A DNA stretch of 64,000 bases from Lachnospiraceae bacterium (lineage in GTDB: Bacteria > Bacillota > Clostridia > Lachnospirales > Lachnospiraceae). The position numbers and the translations under genes are program-made. Of this stretch, positions 18,314 through 27,363 are shown in pieces; position 1 is the first letter of the stretch; each line of letters starts with the position of its first letter. The stretch is from assembly GCA_045597645.1 (NCBI GenBank), contig JAZLKM010000027.1, positions 5,184-69,183 of the forward strand, written 5' to 3'. The notes beneath the pieces are model-generated. The model did no database searches. It was not told the origin of the DNA and saw nothing but the letters and a program-made list of their open reading frames with translations.

Positions 18314-19831
18314 CTACAGATTTTCCTTCAGCTTTACTCTGTCTATCTTGCCGTTTGCGTTAAGTGGCATCACTGGTACATTTACCACCTTGCCAGGTAT
18401 CATGTATTCAGGCACCATCGTCTTTAGCTTTTCTGACACCCATGCCTTTTCTATAGCGGTCTCGCTCTCCACTATGAGTACAATACGGCTGTGCTTCTCG
18501 TCATATATACAGCAGCATCTAGGTATCTCATCCAGTGATGATGCCGCTGTCTCTATCTCGCCCAGCTCTATTCTGTGTCCCAGGTGCTTTATCTGAAAAT
18601 CCTTGCGGCAGGAGTAAAGTATCTCGCCTCTCTCATTGTAGGACACCAAATCTCCTGTCCTGTATATTTTTTCCTCATATACCGTGTTGAGTGGATTCTG
18701 CACAAAGGCTGCATCTGTCTTCTCAGGGTTGCCGTAATATCCTACAGCCAGCGATGTACCCTGCACACAGAGCTCTCCCACGATTCCAGGCTCTGTGATC
18801 AGCTTATCCTCGTCATCCAATAGAAGTATGCGAGTGTTCGGCATCGGACCACCTATGGGGAGTGTCTCATCATCGTCAAACTCTCTGTCCACTATGTAGA
18901 AGGTACATGCGTCCGTAATCTCTGTCGGTCCATAGAGATTGGCATATACTGCATTAGGTATAAAGCTCCTCCAATAGTTGAGCTGCTTATTGGGCATCAC
19001 CTCTCCGCAGAACAGTATGCGCTTTAATACGCTAGACATATCCACATTCTTTAGAGCTCGAAGCTTCGCCACGGCTATAAGTGCTGACGGTACCCAGAAA
19101 ATAGTATTGATATCATTTTCTTTTATGTACTCCAAAAGAGGTACCGGCTGTGAGAAGAGAGCTGACGGTATGATATATAACGTAGCTCCTGTCTTCATGC
19201 ATGAATAAATGTCGAGTATTGAGTTGTCAAAGTAAAATGGTGCCTGATTGCCAAAGGCATCTTCACTGGTAACTTCAAACTGCGATGTCACCCAGTCTGT
19301 GTAATCAATCACAGATCTGTGACGTATGCCTACTCCCTTTGGCACCCCAGTGGAGCCTGAGGTAAAGAGCACATATAGCAAATCCGTATCTAGTATCTGG
19401 GCTGTAGCCTTTGCTACATTGGCCTCGTCATCCGGAGCCGGTGTAACATCATCATAGATTATCACCTCTCCATCATATCCAAACTCTGCCAGACCGGCCT
19501 GTAGCTCTCTGGTAGTTATGATAATCTCCGGCTCTAATATCTCCAGGATTTTCTGCACTCTGCTGCTTGGCATGGTTACATCTATAGGTGAATAAAAATC
19601 CCCTGCATATGCGATACCTGCAAAGCATACTAGTACGCCCGTGCTTTTCTCCATATAGACAGCCACCGGCTTGCCACTCTCTGGTTGAATCTGTAGGACT
19701 TTTGCTGCAATTGCCTGCGCCATTTTGCGCCATTGTCCAAATGTCACCTGTCCATTCTCGTCTACCAGCGCCGCCTTATTTTCATATACTCTGGCAGTCT
19801 CGTCGAGCCATTGCGTTACATTAATCTGCAT
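18314..19831 (-). CDS. Adenylate-forming enzyme, DltA-like amino acid/hydroxy acid--carrier protein ligase
   Basis: 505 aa with ANL core motifs LFTSGSTGVPKGV, YGPTE, YRTGD and GKIDR. It is a stand-alone A domain of DltA size and the first gene after the promoter. Confidence 0.9.
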   Translation of the reverse strand: MQINVTQWLDETARVYENKAALVDENGQVTFGQWRKMAQAIAAKVLQIQPESGKPVAVYMEKSTGVLVCFAGIAYAGDFYSPIDVTMPSSRVQKILEILEPEIIITTRELQAGLAEFGYDGEVIIYDDVTPAPDDEANVAKATAQILDTDLLYVLFTSGSTGVPKGVGIRHRSVIDYTDWVTSQFEVTSEDAFGNQAPFYFDNSILDIYSCMKTGATLYIIPSALFSQPVPLLEYIKENDINTIFWVPSALIAVAKLRALKNVDMSSVLKRILFCGEVMPNKQLNYWRSFIPNAVYANLYGPTEITDACTFYIVDREFDDDETLPIGGPMPNTRILLLDDEDKLITEPGIVGELCVQGTSLAVGYYGNPEKTDAAFVQNPLNTVYEEKIYRTGDLVSYNERGEILYSCRKDFQIKHLGHRIELGEIETAASSLDEIPRCCCIYDEKHSRIVLIVESETAIEKAWVSEKLKTMVPEYMIPGKVVNVPVMPLNANGKIDRVKLKENL

Positions 19832-19918
19832 TCTATCTCCCTATGCCTTTTGCAATAAAAAACGCTAGTCTTTCTGCAAATTGGCAATAATTATCCATAT
19901 TGCATAGTTAACTAACGT

Positions 19919-19947
19919 ATTTTATCAAATTTAGAGGTGATATGCAA
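19919..19947 (-). promoter_or_regulatory. Sigma-70-type promoter candidate for the 19831->2 operon
   Basis: On the minus strand: TTGCAT (19947-19942), a 17-nt spacer, then TAAAAT (19924-19919). This gives a ~80-nt leader with GGGAG 7 nt before the ATG at 19831. Confidence 0.5.
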
Positions 19948-19960
19948 ATCTGTTGACCAT

Positions 19961-20006
19961 CACAAAAAAGCCAAAAGACCTGCTCTGAGCTGGCCCTTTT
20001 GGCTTT
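19961..20006 (-). terminator. Rho-independent terminator ending the 55.5->20.0 kb transcription unit
   Basis: Perfect 11-bp stem (19967-19977 pairs with 19996-20006) around an 18-nt partly self-pairing loop. On the minus strand it is followed by TTTTTTGTG. It overlaps the stop codon of the GT4 at 20005. Confidence 0.75.
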
Positions 20007-21051
20007 ATTTTCTCACCTCTATATATGCCCTTATTATCTCATTTACATATTTGTCAGCATTGCTGTACGCGCACGCTCTGTTCTGAGCCTTACTCTGCTT
20101 CGCAGCATATATCTGTGGGTCGCTATTCTCTCTAAAATAGCATTCTACAAACTCACTCTCAGTACTACACAGCTTACCGCACTCATCTGTCACTATCTCC
20201 GCAAGTCCTCCCACCGGGCATGCCATCACCGGAGTCCCCATAGCCATAGCTTCCAAAGCCACCAGACCAAAGCCCTCCCATCTGGAAGGCATCACCAGAT
20301 ATTTGCTCTGTCTCATGTAGACGTAAGGGTCATCCACGAATCCCTTGAACTCCACATTTTTGCTAAGACCAAGCGAATCTGCCAGTTCCTTACATTCATC
20401 CCAAAGCTCGCCTCGCCCTAGCATGACTGCCCTAATATCCGACTCTGTCTCACTTATTTTCTTCACTATTCTGATGAAAGCCTGTGGATTTTTCTGCTCC
20501 GTGAATCTACCCACAAACAGTAAATCCGACTCATACTCGTCTCTTCTTGGTACCTCGTAGGACTCGTTCAATATACGCGACATATCGAAGGGATTACCTA
20601 CCACGCGAAGCTTATCGCCCATGGCTTTCTTAAATACAAAGCCATCGCCCACCGACTTCGATACCGTCAGTATTCTTGCATATCCCTTGCAAGACAGGGC
20701 ATACGCTATTGTCTTTGGATTTATGTGTGACATCCACGGATGGTTGTCATGCAAATGGCTAATAACGGGTATCTTTGTCTTTTTTGCTGCTGCCTGTGCC
20801 AGAATACTGGCAGTGAAATCATGAGCATGTATAATTGCAGGACTAAATTTTGCAATTGCCTCTTTTATAGTCTTAAGGCTCAGCTCATTCACTCCATAGT
20901 ACTCTATACCTCTGGCCGTCACCTGCTGCTTCACACTGCCCTTTCTGGACATATATATGCTTCTGTCCTCAGGCATCCCAGCAATAATCGAGCAGGCCAC
21001 ATTCTCTGCGCCGGAAAATTCATTTGATTTTAATATATGCAGTATCGTCAT
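20005..21051 (-). CDS. Glycosyltransferase family 4
   Basis: 348 aa with FSGAENV at the N-terminus and PSRWEGFGLVALEAMAMGTPVMACPVGGLAEIV. Confidence 0.85.
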   Translation of the reverse strand: MTILHILKSNEFSGAENVACSIIAGMPEDRSIYMSRKGSVKQQVTARGIEYYGVNELSLKTIKEAIAKFSPAIIHAHDFTASILAQAAAKKTKIPVISHLHDNHPWMSHINPKTIAYALSCKGYARILTVSKSVGDGFVFKKAMGDKLRVVGNPFDMSRILNESYEVPRRDEYESDLLFVGRFTEQKNPQAFIRIVKKISETESDIRAVMLGRGELWDECKELADSLGLSKNVEFKGFVDDPYVYMRQSKYLVMPSRWEGFGLVALEAMAMGTPVMACPVGGLAEIVTDECGKLCSTESEFVECYFRENSDPQIYAAKQSKAQNRACAYSNADKYVNEIIRAYIEVRK

Positions 21052-22508
21052 TATCCTATTACACAGCCCACTACATTAACTTCATTTTCCTTGGCGTAGC
21101 GAAGAATATTCTCTATCTCTCTGTACAGTGAGTTTCCTACCTTCTCCACAATAATTACGTTGCCAATCTCCACCATCTGGCGCATAGAATCTGCATTGTA
21201 GCTTACATTGGTGCCATATTTTACATCAATGTCTGCCTTGCGCAGCTCGAAGGTCAGCTGATTTACGTAATCGATGCACTCGTCATCCATCTCGGTTCCT
21301 GTTATGTAGACTGACTCGATGCCCTCCTTCTTGCACGCTATCTCAATGTTGGAGGTTGTAAGCACCATATTTTCCTCTGCACTCAAGCGCTTTTTGTTCT
21401 TATTCTTCCACTTGAGGATTAGAGTATCTATTCCCCATCTTTCTTCCTTGTCGAAATTTGCTCTTCCCAGCAGTCTTACTGAGAATGCTCCATTCATCTC
21501 TGATGCTGACTTAAGTCTGCTTGAGAATATAGTCCTTAGCATTGTCCAGAGCCAAGCTATCAGCATTCCTATCACAAATCCAACTACGCAGTATCTCATG
21601 TCGAGTCTCGGTGCCGGTACAGGTGCGATTACCTTCTCCACCACAATTGGATCTGCATCTTCTGCAAGCTCTGCTTCTGCCTGAGCAGCTCTGTCAGTCA
21701 TCATGCTCTGGTATTCCACTATCTGCTCATCACTCATGGACTGCACCAGCGAATCCAGCGTCTCTCTGTAGGTTGATAGTCTATCCAGATGAGCCTTTTG
21801 CTTCTCTGCCAGTTCAGCATCTGAAATTATTGAGCCCGTGCGGAGTGTCTGTACCAGAGTGTGCGGTATTATCATTGAAGCTACATTTGACTCATATGCG
21901 AGAATATACTGCTCTGTAATATCAGCCATGCGCTCTAATACTTCCTGATTTGAGTGGGTGAGCTTTATCTCAAATGTCCACTCTGAACCTTCGCCCTCCA
22001 CCAGCTCTATGGCGTATGTAGAGTCAATACCCAGCTCCTCGTCCTTGGCAATTTCACCAGAAAGTGCTCCTGATGTAACCTGATCGAGATACATCTCAAT
22101 AATAGGCGCAACGTATTCGACGTCCACCTGTCCTGTCGCCTCATCCACATATTTGCAGTTTACATAATATGCTACAACTATCTGTCGTTTGTGGTATGGG
22201 TCGAGCTGCATCAATATAGAATTATTGCAATAGTCGTTAGAGTCCCTAACCATCTCATAGTACTTGCATGCCTGCTGTACTGTGGACATCTCATCCGTTG
22301 TAAGCTCTATATTCTGACTATTCTTCTGTGCATCCTCCTGCTTTGCTATCGCTCCGAGATAGGTGTTATACACCGCTGTGTCATGTCTGTATTTCACAAA
22401 GCCACACAGCAGGGCTCCTATTATTCCCATGAGTATCCATCTTCTCCAGTCCAGGAGAATGTTCCAGAATATTCCTTTTGTCTTATAATTTCTCTTTGGA
22501 TTTGGCAT
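21051..22508 (-). CDS. Polysaccharide co-polymerase (Wzz/CpsC-like topology) fused to a degenerate BY-kinase-like C-terminal domain
   Basis: 485 aa. Two TM segments (about res 24-40 and 306-328) bracket a ~265-aa hydrophilic, coiled-coil-like loop. The C-terminal ~130 aa align by eye to CpsD-type kinases (VIIVEKVG...NVVGCVIG). However, Walker A is absent (ITGTEMDDE) and there is no Tyr cluster. Confidence 0.5.
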   Translation of the reverse strand: MPNPKRNYKTKGIFWNILLDWRRWILMGIIGALLCGFVKYRHDTAVYNTYLGAIAKQEDAQKNSQNIELTTDEMSTVQQACKYYEMVRDSNDYCNNSILMQLDPYHKRQIVVAYYVNCKYVDEATGQVDVEYVAPIIEMYLDQVTSGALSGEIAKDEELGIDSTYAIELVEGEGSEWTFEIKLTHSNQEVLERMADITEQYILAYESNVASMIIPHTLVQTLRTGSIISDAELAEKQKAHLDRLSTYRETLDSLVQSMSDEQIVEYQSMMTDRAAQAEAELAEDADPIVVEKVIAPVPAPRLDMRYCVVGFVIGMLIAWLWTMLRTIFSSRLKSASEMNGAFSVRLLGRANFDKEERWGIDTLILKWKNKNKKRLSAEENMVLTTSNIEIACKKEGIESVYITGTEMDDECIDYVNQLTFELRKADIDVKYGTNVSYNADSMRQMVEIGNVIIVEKVGNSLYREIENILRYAKENEVNVVGCVIG

Positions 22509-22539
22509 CGTATCTGTCCTTCTTTGCTATAGTATTGTC

Positions 22540-23715
22540 TTATCCAATAGACTTGTATATCTTCTCAATCTGACTTTCCACTATCTCTGTGGTAAATCCC
22601 TTTATCTTTTCCAGATTATATGCGCTCATGTCACTACGCTTCGCAATATCATCCGCCAGCTTTGCTATTGCCTTTGCATATCCCTCAACGTCGCATTTAT
22701 CTACAAGTATTCCACCTTTATCATCATCTATTAGGTCAACATTGCCTCGTATTTTGCTGACCACACAAGGCATACCTGCTGCCATGGCTTCCATCAATCC
22801 CACAGGAAGCCCCTCCTGCAGTGATGGAAAAACAAATATGTCAATGGCCCCGCACACCTGTGGTATGTCCGATCTAAACGACAATAGCTGCACCGTCTTT
22901 TGCAAAAGCTCACTGCCTGCTACTCGCTGAGCTATCTCCTGCTCCAGTTGGCCCATTCCGCATATGACGTACTTGATGTCACTTCTGCCCAATCGCTCCA
23001 AGGCATCCAATACGACCTTGTGATTTTTCCTAACGCTAAGCTCTCCTATGGACAAAAGACATATATCTTTCTCCTCCAGTCCCAACTCACTACGGATCTC
23101 ACTTCTCTGAGATTCTATATCACAGAATCTGTCAAGTTTCATTCCTACGCCAGGTACATACTCCGTATGTCTAGCGCGCAGCTTAGCGGTAGCCCTGTTG
23201 TAATCTTCTTGATTGATTGTGATCTGGACGTCTGTATAGCGACTGAGGTACTTTTCAACCGGGTAATATATAAGCCAATTCTTTTTTGATGCTCCCTCAA
23301 AAAAATGAAAGCCATGGGCTGTATATATAACCTTCATATCAGCGTGCTTTGCTGCCATCCTTGCCACAGCTGCACCTATTGGCGTGTGGCAGTGCATAAG
23401 GTCATACTGCTCTGCTTCAAACAGTCTCTTGCATTCCTTGTAAGAGCGAATGTGCTGGCTTAAGTTGACTGCTGATTTAGTGAATGATATCTGATGAGGC
23501 TTTATATTTTCCCCTTCTAACCAGCTTCTAAATTCCTCCAGCTTCGCCTTGGGCATTGGATTTTCTCCGCCAAAATCTGCTGCTATATGTACCTCATACC
23601 CCAGCTTTTTCAGTGTAAGCATATTTTCCTTACAAAAGCGTTCCAGGTGATATGCGGTATGTGCTAATACCAGTGCTTTTTTACTCATTCTTATTCTGGC
23701 TTCGTACATCGGCAT
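22540..23715 (-). CDS. Glycosyltransferase family 4
   Basis: Motif PSLQEGLPVGLMEAMAAGMPCVVSKIRGN. The ATG at 23715 has an AGGAAGG SD. The alternative ATG at 23688 (MSKKALVLAH) forms an ATGAGTAA overlap with the upstream stop. Confidence 0.85.
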   Translation of the reverse strand: MPMYEARIRMSKKALVLAHTAYHLERFCKENMLTLKKLGYEVHIAADFGGENPMPKAKLEEFRSWLEGENIKPHQISFTKSAVNLSQHIRSYKECKRLFEAEQYDLMHCHTPIGAAVARMAAKHADMKVIYTAHGFHFFEGASKKNWLIYYPVEKYLSRYTDVQITINQEDYNRATAKLRARHTEYVPGVGMKLDRFCDIESQRSEIRSELGLEEKDICLLSIGELSVRKNHKVVLDALERLGRSDIKYVICGMGQLEQEIAQRVAGSELLQKTVQLLSFRSDIPQVCGAIDIFVFPSLQEGLPVGLMEAMAAGMPCVVSKIRGNVDLIDDDKGGILVDKCDVEGYAKAIAKLADDIAKRSDMSAYNLEKIKGFTTEIVESQIEKIYKSIG

Positions 23716-25060
23716 CCATCTCGCCTTCCTGGAGTCCTTCTGTACTTTCCTTGGTAAATATTACTCTTATGGTTAGCAATATAAGCTGTAAATCTAATAG
23801 TATAGACTGCTTCTCAACATATATCATGTCCAGCTTGAGCTTATCGTACGATGTGGTGTTGTATTTACCATACACCTGTGCATAGCCTGTAAGGCCTGCC
23901 TTAACTCGCAATCTATATGCAAATTCCGGCACTTCTTCGCAGTATTTTGCTATAAGCTCCGGGCGCTCCGGACGAGGTCCAACTATACTCATATCACCTG
24001 CAAGTATGTTGAAAAACTGTGGCAACTCGTCTATCCTTGTAGCCCTAATGAATCTGCCTATAGGCGTGATGCGGCTGTCATGCTCCTGTGCCAGACGTAC
24101 CTCTCCCTTGGCCTCAGCATTCACTATCATGCTTCTGAATTTGATGAGCTTAAATTCCTTGCCGCCTAAGGTGCTTCTGGTCTGCTTGTAGAATACCGGG
24201 CCATCGTCGTACTTTTTCACAGCGATTGCCGTTATAAGCATTATTGGCGAAGTCAGAATTATACCGATAGATGCGATAACAATGTCTCCGATTCGCTTAA
24301 TCATTCTAAACCAGAATGAGGTCTGTCGGTTTCTTCTGTAGTAGATAGGTGTGTCGAATAGATCCAGCTCATTGGCACCTCTCACCATTATGTCTGAAAT
24401 CTTAGGTGTAAAGTACACCCTCTTCTTTCGTTCGAAGCAGTATTTCAGGACCGCATTCCTAATTTCTGCCGGCGTATCATTGATTAGAGTTGCATCATAC
24501 TCATCAATCTTGGCCTTAATTACATCTAGTGGTTCATCGCAGCTAATTTCCTCTGCAATCACATATTTATCGCGCCTTGAGTTCATCTTCTGCGGCAACA
24601 TATTAAAATGCTGGCCCGTAATCTGGAGCAGCTGATATGGTGGGAAAAGACTTCTCTGTAGTGATATCGCCACCATGGCTATGATAAATAGTGACACTGT
24701 CTGTACCAAAAACAGAATCACATATCCCACCAAAAGTCTCACTGCATGCTCCGCTGAGCCTGCAATAAGCATAGCGACCATCCAGTCTGCAAAGTCTGCT
24801 AACAGTGCCCCTATTGTAAGCGACAGTGCTATTCTATTGCGCCTATAGGAGCCTACCTTGTAGCCTCCCATCGCATAGAAAAATACAATAGTCAAAAAAG
24901 CATACACCGCGACTATCAGGAAATTTCCTCTGTGATCATATGCAGGCACCAGCTTTCCATTTACAAAATTACGCCAATAGAAATAGAACTCTGCCACAGA
25001 GGCCGCTGTAAGTATTAAGTTAACTATGTCATGATAGACCGCTCTGCCTGTTTCCTTCAT
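23681..25060 (-). CDS. Large polyprenyl-phosphate phosphoglycosyl transferase (second WbaP/CpsE-type copy)
   Basis: 459 aa with GPVFYKQTRS, KFRSM, RIDELPQFFNILAGDMSIVGPRPER and GLTGYAQV. It is a clear paralog of the 3581-4987 product. Confidence 0.9.
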   Translation of the reverse strand: MKETGRAVYHDIVNLILTAASVAEFYFYWRNFVNGKLVPAYDHRGNFLIVAVYAFLTIVFFYAMGGYKVGSYRRNRIALSLTIGALLADFADWMVAMLIAGSAEHAVRLLVGYVILFLVQTVSLFIIAMVAISLQRSLFPPYQLLQITGQHFNMLPQKMNSRRDKYVIAEEISCDEPLDVIKAKIDEYDATLINDTPAEIRNAVLKYCFERKKRVYFTPKISDIMVRGANELDLFDTPIYYRRNRQTSFWFRMIKRIGDIVIASIGIILTSPIMLITAIAVKKYDDGPVFYKQTRSTLGGKEFKLIKFRSMIVNAEAKGEVRLAQEHDSRITPIGRFIRATRIDELPQFFNILAGDMSIVGPRPERPELIAKYCEEVPEFAYRLRVKAGLTGYAQVYGKYNTTSYDKLKLDMIYVEKQSILLDLQLILLTIRVIFTKESTEGLQEGEMDADVRSQNKNE

Positions 25061-27362
25061 TTTTCCTTTTCAAAATGCCTAATACAATAAGTGTCAGCAA
25101 CGTCAATACCGACAATGCTTCTGATATTCTCCATAGTACCGGCTCTACAAACTTCACCTCAAAAGTGCCATTGTAATTGCCAGGTATCTTTACTGCCATA
25201 TATTTATTCGAGCCAGCATAAATTTCAAATGTCTGACCTGTAGCTATGTCCCTGGCTCTATATCCCTCATACATAAATATGGGGAGCTCTACCACATCCT
25301 CCACCTCAGAAGTGTTGGCGACTGTGTAGCTCTTGATGCCTCTATTCTCATCCACACCCAGTATCTGGGATGTACCATAGCATGATATGAGTCTCTGGTA
25401 ATACACCTGCGTATTCAAAGCTGTATCCGGCAGATACAGCAAGTCTGATGTATAGCTTATCGTATGGTCTGAAATAGTATTTTCCGCCTCAACATCATGA
25501 AGCAGATCTGATACATAACCGCCCTCCGATATCAGTGTCATAAGGACCATCACACCAGCTAAAGCCACAGCATAGTTTCTTCTCTCCGTGTGTGCTGCTA
25601 TCAAATACAGCGCCATAAGCCCTGCAAATACAGCCATTACTGTTGCGATAGTCAGATATCTCCATGGGAACTGCACCTTGCTGAGAGCACTGCCAAGTAC
25701 AGGTATGCGCTCCACTAAATCCCAAGGGAAAATATTAGATGACATCACAAGCGCTATCACACCGAACCAGAAGGTGGTATTAAGCACGGTATATTCTCTC
25801 TCGCATCCTGCCTTCCAGTCATTTTTCTTAATAAGACACGGGATGACCAAAAGCATTGCTATCACCAGTGCAAATCCTATAGCCATTGGCATCTCATCAT
25901 ACGCACTATCTAAGGCAGTCGCTCCTTGGCTCGGATGGAACACACCTAGAATCTGTGGCCACGTAGCTGCCTCTCCTGATATCTGATAATTGTAATGTTC
26001 GATGCGAAGGTCCATTTTCCTCATTGCGTCCACAAACGGAACTAGGAACCATGCGTTTATAAGCACTGTCGCTCCTGCCCCCTTCAAAAGGGTGAGCAAG
26101 CGCCCCTTCCTAAAGGTTTTCTTCCAGAAAATGAGAGCAAGAAGTACGCTGTACTCCGCTGCCATCATTGTAGTCAGTGTATGACATTCTATAATGCCAG
26201 AAAAAGCTACTACTATTGGAAGTACATCTTTAAAAGTGAATTTCTCATCGTCAGCTTTGGTATATATTTTGTAAAATCCGTATATCAGAAGTGGCAGGAA
26301 TATCTGCGCGGTATACTCTCCCAGTGAAGTTCGGTTATAAATATTCGTCATATGGTACGCACTGCATGTGTACAAGAATGCACCCAAAAGCCCGTACTTT
26401 CTACTGCCAAACATCTTCTTTATACAATAATATGCCACCAGGCACATTGCTATATTGGTTGCAACTAAATATGAATTATAAGCTACATACAGTGGACATC
26501 CCAATATGTAAAGCACCGCCGGAAATGTCAAAAACAGTTCGCCGTAAAACAGTGGTGATATGTATCCATAGCCATTGTTCCACGAATATTGTATACGATG
26601 TGGTATCTGTCTATCTCTGATTGCTTCTGCCAGAAGTGCTATTCTATTCACATGAAACTGCATATCATGACCATAGAACAGCTTACCGGCCCATACCAGT
26701 GCGCTGGAAAATACAACTACTGCAACAAGCCCTACACAGATAGCTTTCTGCTCAGCACTCGCTTCAAACAACTCTCCAGTCATATAGCAGATAAACGCAT
26801 TTACTGCCGTAATGAGCAGCAGCACTGCCATTACTCTCATCAGTCTGTAGATGTAATTCTCTGATATAGTAATGGAGTTAACCGACAGTAATCCATCTCC
26901 ATGATAGATTACATCTACATCCACATCATTGTATACAAAACCAGACTTTAACCATATGTGATCCTGTGAGACTGTACCGTCGTCCCTGAGTTTAATCTCA
27001 TTGGACAGCACGCCACTATTGCTATTATGCTTGGTAAATAGTACCTCTCCTGCAAAATCCCCATGGCTATGCTCAGTGCCATACTCAGATGAATAATTTA
27101 TTATGACATGATATCTGCCTGGCTCCATATGACTGATGCGATGTCCAAATATCGACTCCTTGGGACTTCCTGCTCTGGTAACTCCCAGTCCTCCATCGTC
27201 ATACAACTCCAGATCCTCCACATACCTTCTCTCAAAGTCCTGTGGGTACAGTGTGATATCCGGCTGCTTTGGAATTAATAGCATCACATAATAGAGTAAT
27301 ACTATTATTTCGATTATTATCGCCACAAAAAGCGGCTTATTTTTCCAAATTCTGCTAATCAA
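25029..27362 (-). CDS. Large polytopic membrane protein, GT-C/YfhO-like architecture (paralog of 37578-39794)
   Basis: 777 aa. Architecture is TM1, a ~170-aa extracytoplasmic domain, a block of more than 10 TMs, a ~140-aa beta-rich domain, then a terminal TM. It shares these blocks with its paralog: IPHR..NNGYGY.SPLFY.ELFL, GSRK.G, SLGEYTA, VQFPWRYLTIATV. Confidence 0.5.
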   Translation of the reverse strand: MISRIWKNKPLFVAIIIEIIVLLYYVMLLIPKQPDITLYPQDFERRYVEDLELYDDGGLGVTRAGSPKESIFGHRISHMEPGRYHVIINYSSEYGTEHSHGDFAGEVLFTKHNSNSGVLSNEIKLRDDGTVSQDHIWLKSGFVYNDVDVDVIYHGDGLLSVNSITISENYIYRLMRVMAVLLLITAVNAFICYMTGELFEASAEQKAICVGLVAVVVFSSALVWAGKLFYGHDMQFHVNRIALLAEAIRDRQIPHRIQYSWNNGYGYISPLFYGELFLTFPAVLYILGCPLYVAYNSYLVATNIAMCLVAYYCIKKMFGSRKYGLLGAFLYTCSAYHMTNIYNRTSLGEYTAQIFLPLLIYGFYKIYTKADDEKFTFKDVLPIVVAFSGIIECHTLTTMMAAEYSVLLALIFWKKTFRKGRLLTLLKGAGATVLINAWFLVPFVDAMRKMDLRIEHYNYQISGEAATWPQILGVFHPSQGATALDSAYDEMPMAIGFALVIAMLLVIPCLIKKNDWKAGCEREYTVLNTTFWFGVIALVMSSNIFPWDLVERIPVLGSALSKVQFPWRYLTIATVMAVFAGLMALYLIAAHTERRNYAVALAGVMVLMTLISEGGYVSDLLHDVEAENTISDHTISYTSDLLYLPDTALNTQVYYQRLISCYGTSQILGVDENRGIKSYTVANTSEVEDVVELPIFMYEGYRARDIATGQTFEIYAGSNKYMAVKIPGNYNGTFEVKFVEPVLWRISEALSVLTLLTLIVLGILKRKNEGNRQSGLS

Positions 27363-27363
27363 T

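Noticed and set aside
15039-19831. Annotating 18314-19831 and 17138-17368 simply as the dltA and dltC genes of a teichoic-acid D-alanylation operon.
   Set aside because: No DltB (MBOAT) or DltD homolog is present anywhere in the window. The genes are also embedded in and co-transcribed with glycosyltransferase genes. I kept the calls at family level (DltA-like, DltC-like).
19848-19905. Short inverted repeats (TTGCAATA / TATTGCA) in the leader of the left operon, considered as a possible invertible promoter or riboswitch.
   Set aside because: The repeats are 7-8 bp and only about 40 bp apart. No recombinase gene is nearby, and I recognise no riboswitch consensus.
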